Source: Jimgerdemannia flammicorona (lineage: Eukaryota). From it: a stretch of DNA of 35,758 nt. The stretch covers positions 1-35,758 of the forward strand of contig RBNJ01000241.1 of NCBI GenBank assembly GCA_003990765.1. Direction: 5' to 3'. Positions within the stretch are counted from its first letter, which is position 1, and each line of letters starts with the position of its first letter. The position numbers and the translations under genes were made by a program. Shown here piece by piece: positions 24,452-34,755 of the stretch. Under the pieces are notes generated by a model. It made no database searches and had not been told where the DNA came from. It worked only from the letters and a program-made list of their open reading frames with translations.

Positions 24452-25620
24452 ATCAATCTGGTGGATGACAGACCAGAAGACAATGTGTGGGCCAAAAACA
24501 CTATCCCTATCACTATTGGAGCCATTGCAGGAGAAGCCAAAGGATGCCCTACATACCTCAAGAGACACAAGTGTCCCAAGCACTCCTCCAAGATTATGGG
24601 AACAAGGAAATCACCTGGTACAGCCTGCCCAGAGTGCAGAAGGAAGAAGAAGAAATGCAGACATGTCCCAGAAACATGGCTGCAGAAGTATAAGCAATTT
24701 GGGGTCAAGAATCATCCAAGGAAGAAGAAACTTCCAACCAAGAAGTTCCTGAACAAGAAGGACCTAATGAAGAAGAAGTCTCTGAACTCATCCCCTGGGA
24801 TGACCCTCACTGGACACCACCTGAAGACAATGACCCCTGGAATACAGAGGAAGGACCCAGTACCATCACCATTATCCCCAAGAAAGAAACCCACCAAGAG
24901 AAAGCTTTCTGGCTAGGAAGATGTCCACATCAAATGATCTTCCACTCTCTCTGAGACTACTGCTATCAGTGTCATCTATTGGACCAACAAGAAAGACAGA
25001 GACCCCAGAGACCAGAACCCCCAACTACTCTTGCACAGTCTACCACCTTTCAAGAGGTCACTATAAGGTTACAAAGTCGATTTAGGGGACAAGGCTTCTT
25101 TACCCAGACAGAAATATACCCCTTGTCTACCCTTTCCCCAACCTATAACCAAGATGGGTACTGATTCCTAAGACAACAAGAGATAAATAGCCGGGAACAT
25201 CATTTCCGAGCAATGGGGTATTGCAACCATGGGAGACACCCTGATTGCCGAGACTGTAGACATCAGAAGATTCACCTCAGTTATGATGTTGTAGTGCATA
25301 CCTTGAAGAAAGGAGATAACTGAAGCAAGATCCGAAAAAGTCAGATTCGAAAAAGCCAGACCAAGAAGCCCGGAAAAAGAATTCTCAAGATCTACAATTT
25401 GGGAGAAGATATCCTAGCTCTCATCAGACATGCAACCCACCAAGGATGGGCAGAAGATACCACCAACTTCATGGAAGCCCTTGACCCTACAGGAAGGAGG
25501 GGAATCAATTACCTCCAAGACCCCTCCACTGGAGCCAGATGGCCACACCTCAACCTTAGAGCTTGGAGACTTTCTGCCAGTGGAGCTTCAGCCTTAGGAA
25601 AGCCCGAACTCAGCAAGGAT
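24452..25620 (+). other. Accessory polyprotein region with three Cys/His clusters and acidic tracts
   Basis: CPTYLKRHKCPKH...ACPECRRKKKKCRH (24545-24664); CPHQMIFHSL*DYCYQCH (24922-24975); CNHGRHPDCRDC (25222-25257). Frame change near 24680. Confidence 0.6.
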
Positions 25621-25626
25621 ATTGCC

Positions 25627-26031
25627 CAGTATGCCCTACTGCACCCCAAGGCCAAACCCCCGACCAAAGCCCACCCAGAAGATGTAGGATATGATCTTCA
25701 CAGCCTGGAGGACGAATCCATCAAGTCTGGAAAAACCTTCATGGTCAGAACCGGATTAGCCATGCAGCCACCTCAAGGAACTTATATTCAACTGACCTCA
25801 AGGTCCAGACTTGCCAGACAAGGAATAACTGTAGAAGGAGGGACCATTGACCCTGGATATACAGATGAAATCAAGGTTATCCTACACAACAGTAGTGCAG
25901 AATGGCACTGAATCATTAGAGAACAGAAGATTGCCCAAGCAGTCTTCATGAAGGTCAAGACCCCACAGTTACAGGAAGTCTCTGAACTAACTGAAGGAAC
26001 AAGACAAGCCAAGGGATTTGGAAGTTCAGAT
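25627..26031 (+). pseudogene. dut: Trimeric dUTPase domain within the Gypsy pol
   Basis: All five motifs are present: VGYDL, SRSRLA, GGTIDPGYTDEI, KIAQAV, RQAKGFGSSD. One TGA at 25909. Confidence 0.93.
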
Positions 26032-26458
26032 GGGAAAGAGATACATCTCCTTCAAGTCAACCACCTCAAGAAGAATGTTCCCCAGCAAGTATACCAGCAA
26101 CCAGTCAGACTACACAAGAATCTCATCCTGGAGTCTGGAGAACAAACCACCTTCGAAATATTTGCACCACCCGACCCCAGGAACCTTTTATTTGAACCCA
26201 AGGAAGATATCCCACACCTGGACATAGAGGGACACACATTCCCTGATAAAATGAACCCAGTACACTCCCAAGCAACCAACCAAAGTTGGGAGATCATCAT
26301 CCTGCCAAAAGGAACCATCATAGGACATCTGGTGCCTTTTCTCAACCGAACTCATAGGGAAGTTTATGAACTAAACCTATCAGGAAATGGCAAAAGGTCC
26401 CAGAGGCCCCTCTGCGACCCAGGAGACAGTGAAGCCTTCTACCAACATTGGAGAATAA

Positions 26459-27840
26459 TTGACACCCCAACAACAGCAACAACTAGTAGAACTTCTCAAC
26501 AAATATCAAGATATCTTCACCACTGATTATGGCAACCTGCCATACAACCCATCATATCACCACAGCATAAATACAGGAAGTGCAACACCCATCTGGCAGA
26601 AACCCTATAGAATACCCCATCACTTGAAGACATTCAAAAAAGAGCACATCCAAGAACTTTTAGACAATGGAGTCATCCGACCCTCTACCAGCCCCTGGGC
26701 CAGCCCTATACTTATTGTACCAAAGAAAGGAGGATGGAGACTCTGTGTGGATTACAGAAAACTCAATGCAGTCACTGAAAAGGATGCTTATCCTTTGCCC
26801 AGAATCAATGACCTTTTGGACCAGCTACAAGATACCAGATACTTCAGCAGTATGGACCTCTTCACAGGATTCCATGAGATCCCCATGGACCCCAAGGATG
26901 TTCAAAAGACAGCCTTCCTTGCTCTAGGAAAACTGTTTGAATACCTCCGAATGCCCTTCAGACTCTGCAATGCACCCCCCACCTTTCAGAGGATGATGAA
27001 TTCAGTCTATGCCCCCTTGATCCACCACTGTCTGATTGTATACATGGATGATTCCAACATCTATTCAGCAAATTTTGAAGAACACCTGCACCATCTAGAG
27101 GAATTTTTCAAGCTCACCCACAAGAATTACTTGAGACTGAATGCAAAGAAATGCTACTTTGGAAAACAGAAACTTGAATTTCTAGGATTCATGGTTTCAA
27201 AAGAAGGAACTCATGCAGACCCAAAGAAAACCGAGAAGATCAACAATTGGCCAGTACCCAAGACTCCAAAAGAAACACTATCATTCTTGATGCTAGTATT
27301 CTACTACAGAAGGTTTATCAAAGATTTTGCTCAAATCGCTGCCCCTATCTGAATCCTTCTCAAGGAAGGAGTGCCATTCAAATGGACAGAATCACAGGAA
27401 AAAGCCTTCAGGGAACTCAAGAACTGCATGACTACAGCACCAATCCTTGTGTGCCCTAATCTACAGAAGCCATTCATCTTGTATACAGATGCTTCTAAAG
27501 ATGGCCTTGGGCAGTACTGTCCCAAGAAGGACCTGATCAACAGCATCATGTGATAGCTTATGCAAGCAGAGCTACTAACTAGCAGCAGATGAACTATGGT
27601 AGCACCAAATTGGAATGCCTTGCAGTCATATGGGCAGTTACCCTGTTCAAGCATTACCTTATTGGAAAAAGGTTCACCCTGATCACAGACCATACAGCCC
27701 TCAAATAGCTATTCAACTATAAGAAACCTGCCAGAATCCTAGCCCAGTGGATTCTTATCCTTCAGGATTACAAAATCACCATCATTCACAAAGTAGGGAA
27801 AGCCCACAACAATGTTGATGTACTTTCCCACCAGTCCCAA
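26459..27840 (+). pseudogene. pol: Gypsy reverse transcriptase and RNase H
   Basis: SPWASPILIVPKK, WRLCVDYRKLN, YPLPRI, YMDD (27041-27052), FLGF, FILYTDAS, ELEC-like segment, LITDH. Stops and frameshifts. Confidence 0.97.
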
Positions 27841-27899
27841 TGAATCAGAGGAAGGGTGTCCTGAGGAACCACACCCTAAAGGGAGCTCCTCAGACTATC

Positions 27900-28919
27900 A
27901 AAGCACAAGAAGATCTCATCCGAAAAGAACATCAGAAAGCCCACCAAGGACAGACAAGCATAGAAGACAGAATTCAAAAACAATACCAACATTGGCCCCA
28001 CCTCAGAGCTCAAGTACAGGACATCATTCAGAAATATGATACCTGCCAGAAGTACTAAGGAAAGAAGAACTATCAAGCCCCTCTGCAACCAATTCCCCCA
28101 CCCACTCACATCTTTCAAAGATGGGGAGTAGATGTAATTAGACCTCTACCAGTTATACCAAGAAGAAACAAATATATCCTTGTATTTGTAGAACATCTGA
28201 CCAAGTGGCCTGAGGCTTTCCCAATGGAAATTGCAGATGCCTTAACTATTGTAGGCCTCCTCCATGGACTCACACTCAGATATGGACCCCCAGAAGAACT
28301 TATCTCTGACCAAGGCACAGAATTCATCAATAATATAATCACAAGTTATGCTTGAATTCACAAGATCCACCTCAAAAGGACCACATCATACCACCCCCAG
28401 ACCAATGGCATGACAGAAAGAATGAATCAGACTATCAAGAAAGGACTTGCTCGAGTCAACCCTACTAATTGAGACTTCTGCTTACCTGAGATCCTATGGG
28501 AAATTCAGAATACCCCTGCTATATCCACCAAACAAAAGCCATTCGAAATGATGTTTGCTAAGAGAATCAGAACTGCTGACCATGAGAATCTCAGAGACCT
28601 CCTCAAGAAGGCAGAACAGTTATGAAATCAAGCCCAAGGACAGATTATCAAAGCCCAGAAAAGACAAAAAAAGTACTATAACCAAAAACAGAAGGATCAG
28701 GAGATCAAGATTGGAGATCAAGTCCTAGTTTGGAGAAGCATGATTGAGACAAACTTTGCTGCCAAACTAGAACCAAAATGGGAAGGACCTTATCTTGTAT
28801 ATAACATCAGAGGAACCAGCATCTATTTAAGAAGCATAGATGGACAAAACCTAAGAACACCAGTACACATCAATTGCCTCAAGATATACTTCTTCTCACA
28901 CTATGAATCAGAGAATTAA
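27900..28919 (+). pseudogene. Gypsy integrase (HHCC, DDE, GPY/F; no chromodomain seen)
   Basis: HQKAHQG...YDTCQK, WGVDVI, LISDQGTEF, YHPQTNGMTERMN, KWEGPY, VHINCLKIY; stop TAA at 28917-28919. Confidence 0.93.
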
Positions 28920-29418
28920 CAACCACCTCCAAAATCTTGTTCTCAGTTCCCTCCAAGCCCTACCAGTTCCCCTGCCTCAGTTTTGGGAACCCAATGGAAC
29001 ATATCTTCAGAAAATCTGAGTTCATCAAGAGAACCTCACTTTGGCCAAGAGACTACTCCAGATCCACCAGCTGTAGGCATATTATGCAATTGGAGAATAG
29101 TTGTAGAATCTTCCTCTTCCAGAACTAGCCTATGTCTGAAACACCACTGGCCTAAACAGAAGGAATACTACTGCTGCAGACAGACTAGACACAATAATAT
29201 ATAAACAAAATCCTTCTGCCTTAATCCAGGCCCAGATTTTCCTGAATAATCTCCAAAGGATGATACTGCCCACCTACCTCAGCATTATTCACCAAGTGGA
29301 GATTCTATTTCCTGAGGAAGAAGAAGAGCCCCTGGAATGGAGTGACTATAGCTCAGATAATAATGATGGAATAGGTATAGATGCAGAAGCTGCTTATGCC
29401 TATTGGGATGATGACTGA
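28903..29418 (+). pseudogene. Candidate third ORF (~171 aa) between integrase and the 3' LTR
   Basis: The ATG overlaps the end of pol. A single frame with 5 internal stops; the last 92 codons are stop-free and end in an acidic tail (EEEEEPLEWSDYSSD...YAYWDDD*) just before the PPT region. Confidence 0.55.
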
Positions 29419-29457
29419 AGAATAGTCTGGGACAGACTACCCTTCAGTGGGGGCTGA
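29414..29457 (+). promoter_or_regulatory. Pre-LTR hairpin and atypical polypurine tract (AGTGGGGGCTGA)
   Basis: ACTGAAG-aa-TAGTCTG-gga-CAGACTA-cc-CTTCAGT inverted repeat, then a G5 run abutting the 3' LTR. Confidence 0.65.
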
Positions 29458-30987
29458 TGTAATAGACCAAAATATACCACTTGAATTATAACTTAGCCAG
29501 ATGACATGATCAATTAGTATACTTACTCAGTATGATGTGACTTCCAGTATATCATAGTTACTCATGCCTGCCATACTTATAATTAGCCAAGATACCAGAT
29601 CAGGATTGTTTACCTGTGTCCTGAGGACACACTCATGTCCTGCAGACACACTCATGTCCTGCAGACACACTCATGTCCTGTGGACACACCTGTACTTAGA
29701 GGATACACCCAAACATTACTGGAGATAGCAAATCTATAGTTAGCCACATAGTAACCAGATAGCAACCAACTTGTATAAATTACCCCAGAGATGAGAGTGA
29801 ATAAACCTCAGTCTGAATTGAAGTGCAAACCAAAGAAGCCTCTAAATATTGAGCAATTGGTCCTCTTATTCTCACTCCAGTCTACTTTCCAATACAAAGA
29901 TTGATTGGTTTGCTTGCCAGATAAGCCTGAAGATTTGCCACCTAAGTTCAAGAAGAACTTCACCACCTTTTGAGTAACCTGCCACTTAAGGAATAAGCTG
30001 CCATTTCCAAGTTATCCTCCACCTTCCAAAGAAAGCTGCCTTGCTCAAGCTAGTTTCTAATGCAACTTTGCAGTGGAGCCAGTCTACGATGTTACCCCAT
30101 GCAAATAAAGCCAGTCTTTAACGCAACTTTGCCAAGAGACCCTTTCCCAGTTGAAGCCATCATTTCCAAGTTATCTGCATTCTCAGTCGAAGCTGCCAAT
30201 TCAGGAAGAATTCACACCAACATATTTCCAGTTAAAGCCACTGATTCAGGAAGAATCCATGCCATCCAAGTTATTTCCTAGAAGCCTGCCAATTTAGGAG
30301 AATCCATGTCATCTGCCATTTTCAAGTTATCCACCACATACCCTGCTGATTCAGGAAGAATCTGCATTATCTGAGTTACCCGAGTTATTGAATTATCCAC
30401 CTCCCACAACATCTGAGTTATTCATCATTCCTAGTGAGCCTGAGAAGAATCTGCTACCAGCATTATTCTCAGTTATTTGAATTATCCACGTCATTCAAGC
30501 TATTATTCCCAGTAAGGAGAACCTATGCCATACATTCCCAGTGAGCTAAATCAAGCTATCCACCAGAAATCACATACTTTTGGGACCATCATGCTACATA
30601 GAGATCGTCATATAGAAATTGCATAAGGAGAACCGCTAAATTGCCAGACCATCATGCACAAGGAGATCATCATGCTATACAAAGATCATCACACCAAGAC
30701 CATCACTCAGAAATTGCATACTTTTGGAAATTACCTCACTATACAAAATTGTACCATTCCCAGTTGACCCAAGAAGGAGAGATACAAGTTGCCGCTACAC
30801 CTAGAGAACAGTCCCAATAAGGAAACCACTCACAGATATCCAGCTTTGACTATTATACCACTAAACACCAAGGACCTCAGAAATTTTAAAACATTTTGTT
30901 GCTTTTTGACAAAGTAACTGGGGGCTCAAGCTAAACTACATCAACCCCCAACCTTGTAATTTGCCTCCATTGAGCTGGCATGTTACA
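29458..30987 (+). repeat. 3' LTR (1530 bp)
   Basis: Direct repeat of 14540-16060; differences are mostly transitions plus a few indels (e.g. ~22 extra nt near 30892-30913). Confidence 0.96.
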
Positions 30988-30991
30988 GTAT

Positions 30992-32794
30992 ATTAAACTT
31001 TTGACAGTCTTTGATCAGTCTGTTGGAGGGGAGTAAAGTAACTATCTTAGTTAATAGACACTAGAGTGTTATTCTCTTTAGATAGAGAGATGCTACAGAG
31101 TGACCCACTGTTATCTATTCTCTATATTCTCTCTTTAGAACTCTTACTGAACCAGATTAGATACAGAGTGAGTAGGTTGATGATACTAGGAGTGAATTGA
31201 AAGATTGGAGTATTTATAAATAACATAGTGATTGGGCTGGGCTCTGTAGAGAATATAACTATATTGAAAGAAGCTGTGGAGTAATATGAGAAGTACTCTG
31301 GGACTAAACTCAACTGATACAAATGTGAGACCTTAGTACTCAGTAATAGAGTAGTGAGAGGGAATATAATTGGAATAATTATCTCAATAAGAGAGATAGT
31401 CTGATATCTGAAAATTTACTTCTTAGTATATAACTTATTATTATTATCTAGGATATAGTAAGTGGAAGCTAGTAGAGTGGAAGAATGCTCTCCTGGATCG
31501 AGAAAGCTAACATATCTTCTTGAAAGAAAGAATTATAATACTGAATATATACTAGCTATCTAAGCTATGATATCTAAAATATTACTTAGACTTTTCTACA
31601 TAAGAAGTGAAGAGACTTCTAAAGAAAGCCAGGTTTTGAATTTGGGCCAGCAATAAAGTCAGGTAGACTGAAATATATTGATACTACTAGTAGGGCAGAG
31701 AGAACTTGGCCTTATTGACTTCACAAAGTATTTATACTATTTGAGAGTATGGTGATTAAAATGGATCTATGAGTTAGAGAGATAGAGATAGATACTCCTT
31801 TTATAATAGGTTTGGGAGGAGTGATTCTTGCTCAGGAGAACTTCTGATAACTTACTATTTTTAGTAGTACTGAAGAGTAGTTATTAAATATATTATATAT
31901 AGAAAATTTTGATAAGAGATAGTAGAATGAGCCCATTAGATAGAGATCTACTGATATAATAATAAAAAGAGCAGACTGGAGATCTGAGATATGGCAATAG
32001 AATCCTCTTCTTTTAGTGAGCTTTCTGATAGTAAATTTTAGCTAGAGGATAGTATAAAGTATTAGTATAGATAGAGAAGAGATCTGTGGCCAGAGAGTTA
32101 GTAGAGAGTAGATATTAGAGAGATATTGAACTAGGTAAGAGTTTGGTTATAGAGTAAGATAATGTCAAAATAGCTCTCTCTCAAATTCTGAATTATATAG
32201 TTATAGCTCCTATATCAGAATATAATGCTGAACTTTCAGTTAGGACATTTGGCAAAAGAGAGAGTATTTAACTGTGAGGAGTACTTTAATATTAGGTATG
32301 AGAGTAAAGTAAAACAGATCTCAGAACATTGGCTGAGTGAGTGTCTGGTAATGGAAGATTTCTGATTAACAATTAAGAGTTAGTTGAAGTAGTGAGATGT
32401 TCTCTAGTTGTAGCTGATGAGAAAGATTAGTAATAAATAGATCTTTCTGAACTTTAGCTATATGTCTTTGAGGATAGTCAGAGATTATTGCTAAGTATAA
32501 GAGTAGTAAGGAGAGTAACTATTGTTGAAGTTACTGAATGAGTGGTGGGCTGAATGGAGACCTAGAGAGGGTCTATACTATAGGCTAATGAAAAAGATAT
32601 ATATATAAAGTGAAAGAAGAATTAGAGTAATTAAGGAGATAGTTATCTTCAATAAGAAAGAAATTGAGAGTGGTCTCTCTAAAGAAGTTGAGTAGAGAGT
32701 AAGACTTTGATATTATATTATATAGGTATAGATTGGTATAATAATAAATTTAAGAGTCTAAGCAATTAAAAAAATAAAATAAAATAAAATAAAA
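30992..32794 (+). mobile_element. Old hypermutated LINE, right part (RT to 3' tail)
   Basis: QSDPLLSILYILSLELLL (vs QGDPLSPLLYILSLEPLL), VFINNIVIGLGSVE (vs AFADDMVVGLGSVE), YEKYSGTKLN*YKCE (vs YETLAGVKLNWGKCE). The 3' end aataaa...gagtctaagcaatt plus an A-rich (AAAAT)n tail matches the young LINE end aataaaggagtccaagcgact-poly(A). Confidence 0.88.
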
Positions 32795-32995
32795 GGAGTT
32801 CTCTTAGAGAACAGATGTTCTCTTAGGGTACAGATATTCTCTCAGAGTACAGGTATACTCTGGAGATATGAAATTTATCCTAATTTAGTATGTCAACTAT
32901 TTATGCAATAAGTGATATAAGGGGTAACTCTGAGAGATAACTATGCTGGGTGTTTTGCACATCATCTGGCTATACTATAATATTTGCTTGTCACA
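32795..32995 (-). mobile_element. 5' ~200 bp of another related LTR in reverse orientation
   Basis: The minus strand starts TGTGACAAGCA (cf. TGTGACGAGCA at 12151), contains tagccagatga like the Gypsy LTR, and has ~19-bp tandem units (ctgtaccctaagaga-like). Confidence 0.55.
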
Positions 32996-33925
32996 CTATA
33001 GATCTATGAAGATAAACAGTATTTCCAATTTTAATTTTATATTTGATAGAAGAAGTATCAGAGTATAAACCAGATACCAGTTGATCAGTTCTTTGGTTGA
33101 TAACTGCATATGCTTTCTATTATTGAATTTCAATTAGATTGTCTTGGCCTCTAGAACTTAAAAAGAGAAGACCAAGTCGACACTCTTTTGCAGTTTCAAA
33201 ATGTCGAGGGCCCGGTATCAAAAACGTCGACCAAGGTAGAAGCCGCCCAGATATCATTATGTCCATTAATACGACAGTGATCAGGAGACAAATGCTATCT
33301 GCGCGCTTCGAGATTCCACAATATCCAGATTCTCGACCTCTACTGCCATTACTCGCTCCAGGCGATGTTTATTTATGACGCATTACTCTTTTGTGGCGAC
33401 CAATAAGCTCTTCACCGTAGCAATGATTGACGGCCAAATTCAGCAGATACGGTTGGAAAAAAAAAAATGAAATTATGGCTGGGCACTTTAGCTCCTGCGC
33501 TCACGTTGATAGAATTATTTTTGAATTGCATCAAATTATATAAATATAACTCCAAAGAATGCTATATAATTAATTACCATCTCCCAACGAACAAACACTT
33601 TCCACCATTCTACTCTGCAATCCGCAACTGTCACCTCTCTCACCATTACTCTACACTTGCAATCGCGTCTTCTTCTGTCTTTACTCAACTGTCCCATCAC
33701 AGAAACGGACCCTCCATCATCTGAGGTCATCGTTCCCGCCGACTCCATAAACACATGCAATCAGCTTACACACTCAGGATACCTTTGTTGCTGCAACTTG
33801 AAATGCTATCACCTTAACCGTCTAAGTTCACTTTCATCACTCAAATCAAATTTCGACGGCATGAGAATTTCGCTTGAGTTCGTCGTCTTTCCGCTCACAT
33901 GGTGGTCGAACGATTTTGGGCGCCA

Positions 33926-34755
33926 TGGTGAAGGCCGTCAAGGGGTTGCAGTGGGTTCAAGAGGAGGTTATACAAAAGATAATGGATGACATGGATATTA
34001 GTGTTACATTTTTAGATATGCTAAAGAGGAAAATCGATTGTATTTTTGGAGTCAATTCTATTATGTCGACATCCTACGTGAAGGAAGAGACGTACGTTGG
34101 TAAAGTTATTGATATCAAATCGGGTGGTGATTTGGATATGAGGTTGGGAGTGGAGATATTAGATACCTGTGTAGTTAAAATGATGTATGTAGAATTGGGA
34201 GGGTGCCAGGTTTTACCTTGGTCGCCGGATACCAATAAACACTGCGCTGTAACCATGTATATATATTCGGTATAATATCGTTCTTGTTTTGGTATAAAAC
34301 TATCTCGTTTCCGAAAGACGGGTAAAAGAAAAGTTGAGTAGGATGTATATTATTAGCTAAACTGAATTCTCAGGATTCCCTGGATTACGGCATTAACACG
34401 GTTTCTGCTGATCAGCCGTTTTTATCACCTGTCTCGCATGGCGATTAGAGTATTTACCTATCATATTCGAAGTGTACAATATCGCCAATTTATGCCCAAA
34501 ACAATAGAATATATAAGATGGAATTTCCCGAACCCCGATATAATTCTGCCGTTGCAAATCACTGTAATGAACGACACAATGGAAGTGGTCTCGAATGTCT
34601 CTCCAAAAATAGACACCATCCTAGAATGCTACATGAATATCAAGGTAGGTGTTATGATTACTTTTGCTTCGAAAACGATTGGGTTTATTCTCATCGCGCT
34701 ATTGAAGACCGGTCGATCAGGACCTGTCCTCGCCCACGTATATACGACTGATTGA
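33926..34755 (+). other. Possible host gene or pseudogene of unknown function
   Basis: Protein-like ORF (MVKAVKGLQWVQEEV...WSPDTNKHCAVTM) followed by a plausible GT...CAG intron (~34257-34373); no domain recognised. Confidence 0.25.

Larger units (their letters stand above)
14540..30987 (+). mobile_element. Full-length Ty3/Gypsy LTR retrotransposon (~10.6 kb without the nested LINE), inactivated
   Basis: Paired LTRs TGTAA...TTACA; TSD GTAT (14536-14539 and 30988-30991); PBS; domain order gag-PR-(accessory, dUTPase)-RT-RH-IN. Confidence 0.97.

Noticed and set aside
28903..29418. Calling the third ORF an env gene
   Set aside because: Too short, with no signal peptide, transmembrane anchor or furin-like site.
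12151..32995. TGTGACGAGCA / TGCTTGTCACA as TIRs of one 21-kb composite element
   Set aside because: The flanks (ATAC vs CTAT) give no TSD; better explained as the 5' ends of two related LTRs in opposite orientation.
12067..33176. AGACCAAG direct repeat at both edges of the CpG-depleted island as the 8-bp TSD of an outer DNA transposon
   Set aside because: No terminal inverted repeats inside it and no transposase remnant; likely chance.
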